DNA of 64,000 nt from contig OZ220480.1 in the NCBI GenBank assembly GCA_965116025.1, positions 1,408,001 through 1,472,000 on the forward strand, in the 5' to 3' direction. Every line of letters begins with the position of its first letter. The first letter of the stretch is position 1. The notes beneath the pieces were generated by a model. It saw only the letters and a list, made by a program, of their open reading frames with translations, made no database searches and was not told the origin of the DNA. Positions 1 to 8,592 of the stretch are shown here, in pieces. Source of the stretch: an uncultured candidatus Porisulfidus sp. (GTDB taxonomy: Bacteria > Pseudomonadota > Gammaproteobacteria > Poriferisulfidales > Poriferisulfidaceae). The position numbers and the translations under genes were made by a program.

Positions 1-1553
1 TCAAGACGATCATCCCGATCATGATCGACGTTTCAGGCGGGATGATCACGGCGGACGGGCATGGCGTGTACGCGGAGACCGCCACCACCTACGACGATGC
101 CACTGAAGCCGGGAGGATTGAGGTCACGGTAGGGGAGATGGCGACGATCCGGGCCAAGAAGGACGGGGTGCACGTCAAGGGCATGCGGACCTTCGCGTCC
201 GACCACGCCCGGAAGGAGCAATACGACCAGACGGTCACCATCAACGGCAAGGTGATGGGCGGCGGCGGAGACCACGCTGGCGTTCGGATGGTGAACGGCG
301 GGACGCTGGTGATCGGGCCGAAGGCGGAAGTTGAGGCGGAGTCGGGGACTTCGGTGAGGGCGGACGGGGCGCTACATGTCACCCTGAAGGAGAACGAGCA
401 TGGGCAGATCGCTTTCGTCATGGGGAAATTCCTGAATAGTGGAAAGGACGCGCCGAACGTCTTCCAGCGGGAGTTGATGGCCGGCGCGAAGAAGACGATA
501 GCCGTGGGGGACGCGGTGAAGGCGACGTCGGGGAAGACGGGGACGCATGGGGTGTATGACGCGGTGTTCGAGCGGATGGTCACGCTGAAGTCGATCACGG
601 GAGGGGACCAGTTCCAGGTGGACTCCGAGAAGGAGATCAGCCGGACGTACCACGCCCGGGCTCGGGTGTACGAGGCGCTGCCGTCGGTGCTGCTGGAGAT
701 GAGCGCGCCGGGCGGTCGTCAGGCGCGCTTGTCGGCGACGCGGGACGGCGGTGGCGCGTGGGCGCGGGTCTTGGCGAGCGACGGCGAGCGGGAGGCGGAT
801 ATGTCCACGACCGAGATGGACGATGCGGGTCGCGCGCTGTCTTGGGACTTCGAGCGCTGGGGCGTGGAGACGGGCTTCGCCGTTCCCACGGACCTGCCGG
901 GCGTGACGCTGGGGGTGAGCGCGCATTATCGGGACGGCGAGGCGGATGTCGAGCGCGGCGGGAAGATCGAGGTCTCGGGCGTGGGCGTCGGGGTCTCGGC
1001 GACCTGGCGGGGTGAGGACGGCTGGTACGCGGACGGGGAGTTCTCGTACACGCGTTTCGAGGACGTCGACTTGAGCTCGGAGACTCGGGGGATGGTGGCG
1101 TCCGGGTTGGATGGAGAGGGTCACGCGGTCGGCGTGGAGGTCGGCAGGCGCATGGAGATGGACGGCTTCGCGCTGGTTCCGCGCGGAGGATTGACGTGGA
1201 CATGGGTGGACATCGACGGCTTCGACGACGTTTCGGGCGTTGCTGGGAGCGGTCGGGTGTCGTTTCGCTCGGAGGACAGCGCGCGGGCGCGTATCGGGGT
1301 ATTGTTGGAGAACGGCGAGACGTACGCCTCATTGGACGTGGAGCGCGAGCTGTCGGAGAGCCGGGAGGTGATGGCGTCGGGGTCGCGCCTGCGCTCGGAG
1401 GTGGAGTCCACGTGGGCGCGGATTGGCGTTGGAGGCGTGATGGCGCTGGACGCGCAGGGGGAGTCGACGCTATCGGCGGACGCGCGCTACGCGGCGTCGG
1501 ACGGCGACAATCACGATTACGGCGCGAGCGTTCTGCTGAAGGTTCGCTTCTAA
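1..1553 (+). CDS. Autotransporter (type Va) outer membrane protein, 5'-truncated by window edge
   Basis: Passenger-like G/V/T-rich segment, YEALP linker, GAWARV start of barrel, C-terminal ..LLKVRF; paralog of 54313-57796. Confidence 0.9.
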   Translation, partial: KTIIPIMIDVSGGMITADGHGVYAETATTYDDATEAGRIEVTVGEMATIRAKKDGVHVKGMRTFASDHARKEQYDQTVTINGKVMGGGGDHAGVRMVNGGTLVIGPKAEVEAESGTSVRADGALHVTLKENEHGQIAFVMGKFLNSGKDAPNVFQRELMAGAKKTIAVGDAVKATSGKTGTHGVYDAVFERMVTLKSITGGDQFQVDSEKEISRTYHARARVYEALPSVLLEMSAPGGRQARLSATRDGGGAWARVLASDGEREADMSTTEMDDAGRALSWDFERWGVETGFAVPTDLPGVTLGVSAHYRDGEADVERGGKIEVSGVGVGVSATWRGEDGWYADGEFSYTRFEDVDLSSETRGMVASGLDGEGHAVGVEVGRRMEMDGFALVPRGGLTWTWVDIDGFDDVSGVAGSGRVSFRSEDSARARIGVLLENGETYASLDVERELSESREVMASGSRLRSEVESTWARIGVGGVMALDAQGESTLSADARYAASDGDNHDYGASVLLKVRF

Positions 1554-1565
1554 TCGGCTTCTGAT

Positions 1566-1594
1566 CGCGGCCCCGGCGGCGAGCCGGGGCCGCG
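1566..1594 (+). terminator. GC-rich hairpin after autotransporter
   Basis: Perfect 12-bp stem cgcggccccggc/gccggggccgcg; no U-tract; near-identical hairpin at 57810-57840. Confidence 0.6.
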
Positions 1595-1731
1595 GCGAGT
1601 CAGAATTGACGGCTCAGGCTTTCCTATTTCGCGATCCGTCTCCAAAGGCCGAGAGTTCGGTAAAAAAGCCTTGACTCCGAGATTGAGGGATTATATTCAG
1701 TACCGGTCCAGTAGGGTCAGAACATCTCGGA

Positions 1732-2151
1732 TCATGTCAATTGATTCGCTGGAAGCAGACGGTTCGATGATGTTGCGGAGCCACATAATGCGTTCATTAC
1801 TTCCGTCGAGTCCAATTCCGTGAGCAACCCCTGCACGATCCGGCGCAGCTCTGGCAAACTGTTCTGGATATAATCCCAGACGAGACCCGAATCCACACAA
1901 TCATAGCCATGGATCAGCAGGTTTCGGAAGTCGATTATCCGGCGCGTTCGTGGGATTCGCTTCGCGAGTTTCGGATAATTCTTATGCAGCCGGGTTAACG
2001 CCTCGCCTATGATCTCGAACTTGCGCTCAACCGCAGCTCGCATCATCGCGTCCGCGACGTATGCGTTTCTATCGGCGCCATCCGTGAATTGATTGATATC
2101 CGCCCCTGCCTGATCGATATCCGTCAGCGGGACGCGAGGGTCAGAGCGCAT
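1732..2151 (-). CDS. HEPN/DUF86 ribonuclease toxin (HepT-like)
   Basis: AAVERKFEIIGEAL and RNLLIHGY (R-X4-H); start set at ATG 2151 overlapping the MNT gene, matching paralog 31126-31485. Confidence 0.88.
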   Translation of the reverse strand: MRSDPRVPLTDIDQAGADINQFTDGADRNAYVADAMMRAAVERKFEIIGEALTRLHKNYPKLAKRIPRTRRIIDFRNLLIHGYDCVDSGLVWDYIQNSLPELRRIVQGLLTELDSTEVMNALCGSATSSNRLLPANQLT

Positions 2152-2452
2152 AGACGAGCTCGCGCGACTTATTGATAGAGGCGCGCAGATATGGATTGCG
2201 GATCGCGCGTGCCTCAACGAGGTCTACAGGGCGTCCCAAGGTTTCGCGTAGCGCCTCAATGAGGTCGAAATACCGATCAAAAGGCGCCAGCGCGCTATTT
2301 GGATCAAATTCGACTAGGAAGTCGGCGTCGCTTGTCTCCAGATCGAAATCCGTGCCGCGCGCCGCGGATCCGAACACTTCAAGCCGCGCCACCCCGTAGC
2401 GTCGGCAAAGATCCGCCAGCTCTTCTCGCTTGTTAGCGATAATCGCGTGCAT
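2141..2452 (-). CDS. Minimal nucleotidyltransferase antitoxin (MntA-like)
   Basis: FGSAARG..SDADFLVEF..GRPVDLV motifs; 103 aa, directly upstream of HEPN. Confidence 0.9.
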   Translation of the reverse strand: MHAIIANKREELADLCRRYGVARLEVFGSAARGTDFDLETSDADFLVEFDPNSALAPFDRYFDLIEALRETLGRPVDLVEARAIRNPYLRASINKSRELVYAL

Positions 2453-2969
2453 GGCTAATTTCTCTATCCGGTGGCGACCGACGTTCAGCGGTGGTTCCTA
2501 AAGAGAGGCGCTTTCGTCAAGATTTCTGGTCGTCGCGTGGCAACGCGTCCGTCTCGCCATATCTGGCATCAAGGACGACATTCAAGCGGGAATCCATTAT
2601 ACGTCGAATTCTTCCTTCTTCTGGGCCGCGCCATGGCTCAATACTTGGCGGACGCACGGCGGCGGAAGGCGATCCCCGGTGTATACTTTGAAGAGCTTCC
2701 ATGAACGCCTTCACGATGTCCGATCACTGCCTGAAGGCATTCCGCGCGGCGGCTTCGCTACCGAGTCTCCCCAAGGTCGCTAAAGTCGTGCGCCCGACCC
2801 AGTCCTTGGCGATTTATCAGATTCGGTGGTTGAGGTACCGCTGCGAGACGCGCCCGCTCGACCGAGCGCGTCTCGCTGGCTTGCCGGTCGCTCCGTATCA
2901 GGCGCAGATCGAAGAGGCGTCGCGCGACCACGCTGTGGATTTTCACGCCACGATATATGAGGAGACGAC

Positions 2970-4034
2970 GTGATCAAGTTGCTCCGGGAATGGTATGGGC
3001 GGAATTTCACGGACCCGCAGCAAGCCATTCTTCTGTTGCTGATCGCGCTGGGATTAGGGCTGGCTCTGCTCGTTGGCGATATCTTGGCGCCGCTACTGGT
3101 CAGCGTGTTGCTGGCCTACATCCTGGAAGGATTGATCCGCGCCCTGCAGGGCATCAGATTCCCGCGACTGGTCGCGTTCCTGCTGGTCTACGTCTTGTTC
3201 GTCGCTGGTCTGTTGCTGGCGTTGTTGCGTTTGGTGCCGATGCTGTCGGAGCAGGTGGTGGATCTCGCGTCGCGGCTACCGAGCATGTTGGCGACCGGGC
3301 AACGCTGGGTCGAGGCGCTTCCAGAGCGCTATCCGGAACTGGTCAACCCGACCCAGGTGGAGCAGATCCTGACGGCGGTCCGCGCGGAAGCGCTGGCGTT
3401 TGGCGACGAGATCATCCGCTTCTCGCTGGACACGGTGGTGGACGTGCTGTCGGTGGTGGTGTACGCGATCGTGGTGCCGATTCTGGTGTTTTTCCTGCTC
3501 AAGGACAAGCGGCGCATCCTGGATTGGGCGAAGACCTATTTGCCGGCCCCTCAGTCGCTTTCCTCCCGGGTGTGGAGCGAGATGGACCTGAAGGTGTCCC
3601 AGTACCTTCGTGGAAAACTGGTCGAGATCGGGGTTGTCTGGGCCGTGACGTTCCTCGCGTTCGCGTTGCTTGGCCTGCAGTACGCGCTGCTCTTGTCGTT
3701 CTTGGTTGGGCTGTCGGTGATCATTCCGTACGTGGGCGCGGTGGTGGTGACGGTGCCAGTGCTGCTGGTCGGCGCCTTCCAGTGGGGGTTGAGCCCGGAT
3801 CTCGCCTACCTGACGCTAGTCTACCTAGCGATCCAGTTCCTTGATGGAAACCTGCTGGTGCCGTTGCTGTTCTCCGAAGCGGTGAATCTCCATCCAGCCG
3901 CTATCCTGACAGCGATCCTGGTTTTCGGAGGACTGTGGGGAGTGTGGGGCGTGTTGCTCGCGATCCCTTTGGCGTCGCTGATCGACGTGGTGTCGCGTAG
4001 CTGGTCGCGCGCCGACGCGAGTCAGGGAGGTTAG
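2970..4034 (+). CDS. perM: AI-2E family transporter (PerM-like)
   Basis: 354 aa, multiple TM segments, IPYVGA and QFLDGNLLVP..LHP motifs; convergent with bcp. Confidence 0.85.
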   Translation: MIKLLREWYGRNFTDPQQAILLLLIALGLGLALLVGDILAPLLVSVLLAYILEGLIRALQGIRFPRLVAFLLVYVLFVAGLLLALLRLVPMLSEQVVDLASRLPSMLATGQRWVEALPERYPELVNPTQVEQILTAVRAEALAFGDEIIRFSLDTVVDVLSVVVYAIVVPILVFFLLKDKRRILDWAKTYLPAPQSLSSRVWSEMDLKVSQYLRGKLVEIGVVWAVTFLAFALLGLQYALLLSFLVGLSVIIPYVGAVVVTVPVLLVGAFQWGLSPDLAYLTLVYLAIQFLDGNLLVPLLFSEAVNLHPAAILTAILVFGGLWGVWGVLLAIPLASLIDVVSRSWSRADASQGG

Positions 4035-4513
4035 GCTTGCACGATCTCGTCGACCGCCGCCAGGACCTCCGCGGCGTGGCCGGGCACCCGGACCTTCCGC
4101 CAAACGCGGCGCGCTATGCCTTCCGGGTCGATCAGGAACGTGCTGCGCTCGATGCCACGAACTTTTCGCCCGTACATGTTCTTCATCTTGATGACATCGT
4201 ATTTTTCGCAGGCGATCTCGTCGGGATCGGAAAGGAGTCGGAATGGAAATCCATGTTTGGCTTTGAAGTTCTCATGGGTCTTGAGCGAGTCGCGAGAGAC
4301 CCCGAGGATAATGGTCCGGCGGTGGCGAAAACGCGGGTGCAGATCCCGGAAGTCCTGTCCTTCCGTGGTGCATCCAGGCGTGTGGTCCTTGGGGTAGAAG
4401 TACAGGACCACGGGGTGGCCCCGGAATTCGGACAAGCGCGCGAGCTCGCCTCCCGTGGAAAGCAACTCGAAATCTGGAGCTCGGCTCCCTTCCACGACCG
4501 GTTTGGTTGCCAT
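4031..4513 (-). CDS. bcp: Peroxiredoxin Bcp/PrxQ
   Basis: LYFYPKDHTPGCTTE motif, RSTFLID. Confidence 0.93.
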   Translation of the reverse strand: MATKPVVEGSRAPDFELLSTGGELARLSEFRGHPVVLYFYPKDHTPGCTTEGQDFRDLHPRFRHRRTIILGVSRDSLKTHENFKAKHGFPFRLLSDPDEIACEKYDVIKMKNMYGRKVRGIERSTFLIDPEGIARRVWRKVRVPGHAAEVLAAVDEIVQA

Positions 4514-4599
4514 CTTCCGCGCATGACCTCAGAAAAAAGGGCCGAAAGCATATCATATCCGGTGAACGTTCCGGCGGTTGATGAGCGTTCCGACTTGAC

Positions 4600-4635
4600 C
4601 GTGGAGCCGCGCTTCAGTCTCACGCCTCGCTGGAA
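4600..4635 (+). repeat. 36-bp imperfect direct repeat, copy 1
   Basis: cgtggagccgcgcttcagtctcacgcctcgctggaa; 30/36 identical to 5556-5591. Confidence 0.7.
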
Positions 4636-4841
4636 TATCAGCGCTCCCGGTCCAGCGCTCCGCCTTCCGAATGGCTCTGGACTCGCGAGACGTGCCGAGC
4701 GCCGAGACGGTCAGAGGCTCTTTCGCCATATCGCGTGGCCAGCCGCCGCATCGCCCTACCGGATGGCTGGAGGCTGAGCCTCGCGACCGGATAATTGCCC
4801 ATCGCTTTACAATGCGTAAGGTGGATGTCTGATTTTGACGC

Positions 4842-5353
4842 ATGCCGACACCAGGATCCCGTGAAGAGCTTCTTGATGCGATCAACACGAGCTTTGATCG
4901 TCTTGATAAGGATCTGAGGATGGTGCCCGTGGCGAAAAGCGATGAAGCGACCCTTGAGGGGCATGTCAAGGGCACGGCAATGAGCGTCCACGATCTGGCA
5001 AGCTATCTCTTGGTTGGAATATGCTGGTGCTGAAGTGGATTGAACAGGACGCGGGAGGCGAGCCGATTGATTTTCCTGAGACCGGTTTCAGATGGAATCA
5101 GCTCGGCGCGCTCGCGCGAAAGTTTTACGCGGATTTCGACACCGTTCCTCTTGGTCGGCTTTTGGAGGCTCTCGAAGTCACAAAACAGGAAATCGTCACG
5201 TTCATTTCCGGCCAGACCAACGAACGCCTGTACGGTGGGCCATGGTGCGGGAAGCACACCATGGGCCGAATGATCCAACTCAATACGTCCTCGCCGTACG
5301 CTAATGCCCGCGCGCGTTTGCGGAAATGGAAGCGGCGACATGGCATCGCATGA
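4842..5353 (+). pseudogene. ClbS/DfsB (DUF1706) four-helix bundle protein, frameshifted near 5010
   Basis: ORF 4842-5033 (..EGHVKGTAMSVHDLASYL) and ORF 5021-5353 (LVLKW..DFPETGFRWNQLG..NTSSPYANAR) join into one family protein if one base is restored at tatctcttggttggaat (YLxGWN). Confidence 0.75.
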
Positions 5354-5555
5354 TGGAGACTGACGGCGAAGGGTTCTCGCTTGGATGTTCAGGCTTTTGT
5401 CGTTGGAAAACGTCTCTTTCGATCATTGGCGAACTTCAGCATGCCGCTGATTACAATGGGTTTTCGGAAAAATTCATCGAGGGCCGCGGTGTTGACGGTG
5501 AGGCCCTGCCGCGGCGTGGGCGACCGGTCGCCTTCAGGGCCCCGCCGTCCGGGAA

Positions 5556-5591
5556 CGTGAAACCGCGCTTCAGTCCCACGCCTCGTCAGAA
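5556..5591 (+). repeat. 36-bp imperfect direct repeat, copy 2
   Basis: cgtgaaaccgcgcttcagtcccacgcctcgtcagaa. Confidence 0.7.
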
Positions 5592-5616
5592 GACTCCGTT
5601 TTCCCGGTCTGGGCGA

Positions 5617-6264
5617 CATATATGGTTCGCCCCCTCCCTGCAAGTCGGAAGCTTGAGGCGACGGTCGATCGGCCGCGCACATATATCCGGCCTCTCGGTG
5701 GGAGGACGTCGCCTCCCGGGCCCCGATGGGTTCCGCACGCTCCGGCCTTATCATTTGTACGGCCTCGAAGGCCTATGTCAACACCAGGCTCTCGGAGCGT
5801 CGGTCCGACCTGTTCCGCCATCCTTTCGCTTCTTCCCCGCAACCGATCGGCGGGCGAAGCCCGCCGGGATCCGGAGGGAAGCCTCACGTCATGCAGGCTT
5901 CCTCCCGATAGGTTCCGCCACGCCGGAGCAGCGCCCAGGCGATGCGGACGTTCTTGTTCGCCAACGCGACCGCCGCCACGTTGTCGTGGTGGCGCTCGCG
6001 CAGGCCGCGAAGCCAAGCGCCGAGCGCGTCCTCGCGCTGGTCGGAGACCCGCAACACCGCTTTCGCGCCCAAGATCAGCAGGCCGCGCAAGGCGCGGTCC
6101 CCCCGCTTGCTGATCCCTCCGAGCTTCGGCTTTCCGCCGGTGGAGTATTGCCGCGGCACCAGGCCGAGGTAGGCGGCCGCCTCCCGCCCGTCGCGGAACT
6201 CGCCGCCGTCGCCCAGCTTCGCGACCAGGGCGCTGGCCGACAGCGCGCCTATGCCCGGGATCGT
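5617..6264 (-). mobile_element. Partial tandem duplicate (648 bp) of the IS110 right end, non-coding region and 3' part of transposase
   Basis: Repeats 6265-6912 with period 648; shadow ORFs 5622/6270, 5726/6374 and 5942/6590 are identical. Confidence 0.92.
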
Positions 6265-6289
6265 CATATATGGTTCGCCCCCTCCCTGC

Positions 6290-6531
6290 AAGTCGGAAGC
6301 TTGAGGCGACGGTCGATCGGCCGCGCACATATATCCGGCCTCTCGGTGGGAGGACGTCGCCTCCCGGGCCCCGATGGGTTCCGCACGCTCCGGCCTTATC
6401 ATTTGTACGGCCTCGAAGGCCTATGTCAACACCAGGCTCTCGGAGCGTCGGTCCGACCTGTTCCGCCATCCTTTCGCTTCTTCCCCGCAACCGATCGGCG
6501 GGCGAAGCCCGCCGGGATCCGGAGGGAAGCC
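6290..6531 (-). ncRNA. Putative IS1111 bridge/seek RNA (second copy at about 5642-5883); boundaries approximate
   Basis: Two hairpin-split loops carrying matches to the target flanks (6400-6406, 6423-6427) and to the donor junction (6328-6334, 6373-6378). Confidence 0.7.
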
Positions 6532-7578
6532 TCACGTCATGCAGGCTTCCTCCCGATAGGTTCCGCCACGCCGGAGCAGCGCCCAGGCGATGCGGACGTT
6601 CTTGTTCGCCAACGCGACCGCCGCCACGTTGTCGTGGTGGCGCTCGCGCAGGCCGCGAAGCCAAGCGCCGAGCGCGTCCTCGCGCTGGTCGGAGACCCGC
6701 AACACCGCTTTCGCGCCCAAGATCAGCAGGCCGCGCAAGGCGCGGTCCCCCCGCTTGCTGATCCCTCCGAGCTTCGGCTTTCCGCCGGTGGAGTATTGCC
6801 GCGGCACCAGGCCGAGGTAGGCGGCCGCCTCCCGCCCGTCGCGGAACTCGCCGCCGTCGCCCAGCTTCGCGACCAGGGCGCTGGCCGACAGCGCGCCTAT
6901 GCCCGGGATCGTCATCAGCCGCCGGCAGCCCGGGTCGGCCTCGGCATGCGCCTGGATCCGCGCCCGGCAACGCCCCTCCCGCCGGTCCAGCTCCCGCACC
7001 TCCTCGTAACCTTCCGCCAGCGCCTCGCGGACTTCCGGAAGCAAGCCGTTCTCGCCGTCCTCCAGGATCTCCGGCAGCCGCGCCCGAAAGACCCCGATCC
7101 CTTTCGGCATGACGATCCCGTACTCCTGCAGGAACGCGCGCGACTGATTGACCAGCCGGGTGCGGCTCCGCACCAGCCGCGCCCGCGTCCGATGGCATTG
7201 CTGGATCGCTTGCTCGGCTTCCGTCCGCGCCGGCACGAAGCGCATGCTCGGACGGCTCCGCGCCTCGCAGATGGCCTCCGCGTCGCGCGCGTCGTTCTTG
7301 TTCGACTTCACGAACGGCTTCACGAAGGACGGCGCCATCAGCCGCGCGTCATGCCCATGACGACGGAACAGCCGCGCCCAGTGATGCGCGCCGCCGCAGG
7401 CCTCCAGCCCGACCCGGCATGGCGGCAGCTCCTCCGCGAAGCGTTCCAGCTGAGCCCGCGTGAAGCGCCTCTCCAGCACGATCTTGCCGGCGCGCGTCAT
7501 GCCGCAAGCGTGAAACGCCTGCTTGCCCAGGTCCACGCCCAGATGGGCGATGGCCAGTTGATGTAGAGTCCGCTTCAT
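6532..7578 (-). CDS. IS110 family DEDD transposase/recombinase
   Basis: GVDLGK, GLEACG, KNDARDA (DEDD); TIPGIG; LGLVPRQYSTGGK serine loop; start taken at ATG 7578. Confidence 0.95.
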   Translation of the reverse strand: MKRTLHQLAIAHLGVDLGKQAFHACGMTRAGKIVLERRFTRAQLERFAEELPPCRVGLEACGGAHHWARLFRRHGHDARLMAPSFVKPFVKSNKNDARDAEAICEARSRPSMRFVPARTEAEQAIQQCHRTRARLVRSRTRLVNQSRAFLQEYGIVMPKGIGVFRARLPEILEDGENGLLPEVREALAEGYEEVRELDRREGRCRARIQAHAEADPGCRRLMTIPGIGALSASALVAKLGDGGEFRDGREAAAYLGLVPRQYSTGGKPKLGGISKRGDRALRGLLILGAKAVLRVSDQREDALGAWLRGLRERHHDNVAAVALANKNVRIAWALLRRGGTYREEACMT

Positions 7579-7670
7579 AAGGGTCGTCCCGCTTTCGCGA
7601 TGGGTTGGTTGTACTCTCATTGTGCCCGCTCAAGGCCAAGCAGGGAAGCGGGGCGAACCATCCCATCATT

Positions 7671-7679
7671 TGTTAAAAT
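7671..7679 (+). promoter_or_regulatory. Extended -10 element for dapA
   Basis: TGtTAAAAT 28 nt before dapA ATG, abutting the IS end. Confidence 0.45.
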
Positions 7680-7707
7680 GCGGACGGGCTGACCCACAAA
7701 CTCTCGC

Positions 7708-8592
7708 ATGATTCGTCTTCAAGGTAGCATGGTCGCCATGGTCACCCCCATGCGCGCGTCCGGCGACATCGACTACGCGGCGCTGGCCGACGTGGTGGAC
7801 TTTCATCTGGAGCGGGGCACTGACGCGCTGGTTCCGGTGGGCACGACCGGGGAATCGGCGACCTTAAGCGTATCGGAGCACCATGAGGTCATTCGCCGCG
7901 TGGTGGAGCGAGTGGATGGGCGAATTCCGGTGATCGCGGGCACTGGCGCCAACGCCACCGCTGAAGCCATCGAGCTGACTCGTTACGCGCATGAGGCGGG
8001 AGCCGACGCTTGCTTGCTGGTGACGCCGTATTACAACAAGCCGACCCAAGAGGGTTTGTACCAACACTATCGGGCGGTCGCCGAGGCCGTGCCGATCCCG
8101 CAGATCCTGTATAACGTTCCGGGTCGGACGGCCTGCGACATGTTGCCGGAGACGGTGACGCGGCTGGCTGGGCTGGAATGGATCGTTGGCATCAAGGAGG
8201 CGACTGGCGACCTGCACCGGATTCGCCGCCTGCGCGAGTCGTGCGGCGACGAGTTCATCATTATCAGCGGAGACGACGAGACATCCATGGATACGCTACT
8301 TAACGGAGGGCAGGGAGTGATCACGGTGACGGGCAACGTGGCGCCCGAGCTGATGCACGAGATGTGCATGGCCGGGCTGGAGGGAGATGCCGAGGCGGCG
8401 CGCGCCCATGATCGGAAGCTGGAGCTGCTCCATCGCGATCTGTTCGTCGAGTCCAGCCCGATTCCAGTGAAGTGGTGCTTGCACCGCATGGGATTGATCC
8501 CGGAGGGCATCCGCCTGCCGCTGACTCCGCTCTCGGAAGGGTTGCGCGGGACTTTGGAGGCCGCCATGCGCGCGGCGGGGGCGCTGGCGTGA
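7708..8592 (+). CDS. dapA: 4-hydroxy-tetrahydrodipicolinate synthase
   Basis: GTTGES, TPYYNKP, LYNVPGRT, GIKEATG. Confidence 0.97.
   Translation: MIRLQGSMVAMVTPMRASGDIDYAALADVVDFHLERGTDALVPVGTTGESATLSVSEHHEVIRRVVERVDGRIPVIAGTGANATAEAIELTRYAHEAGADACLLVTPYYNKPTQEGLYQHYRAVAEAVPIPQILYNVPGRTACDMLPETVTRLAGLEWIVGIKEATGDLHRIRRLRESCGDEFIIISGDDETSMDTLLNGGQGVITVTGNVAPELMHEMCMAGLEGDAEAARAHDRKLELLHRDLFVESSPIPVKWCLHRMGLIPEGIRLPLTPLSEGLRGTLEAAMRAAGALA

Larger units (their letters stand above)
6265..7669 (-). mobile_element. Complete IS110-family element, IS1111 subgroup
   Basis: Sub-terminal inverted repeats atggttcgcccc (6270-6281) / ggggcgaaccat (7650-7661); CAT core at both ends; long non-coding region 3' of transposase. 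Confidence 0.92.

Noticed and set aside
1-1553. Diversity-generating retroelement (TR/VR pair) behind the autotransporter similarity
   Set aside because: No reverse transcriptase in the window, differences are not adenine-specific, and both copies are coding.
2471-2960. Short ORFs between the MNT gene and perM
   Set aside because: Overlapping short frames on both strands with no recognisable motif; possibly gene debris but unsupported.
5326-7566. 746-aa + strand ORF with internal repeat (and 542-aa ORF 5570-7198)
   Set aside because: Shadow frames of the GC-rich IS110 transposase and its 648-bp duplication (a multiple of 3); no protein-like features.
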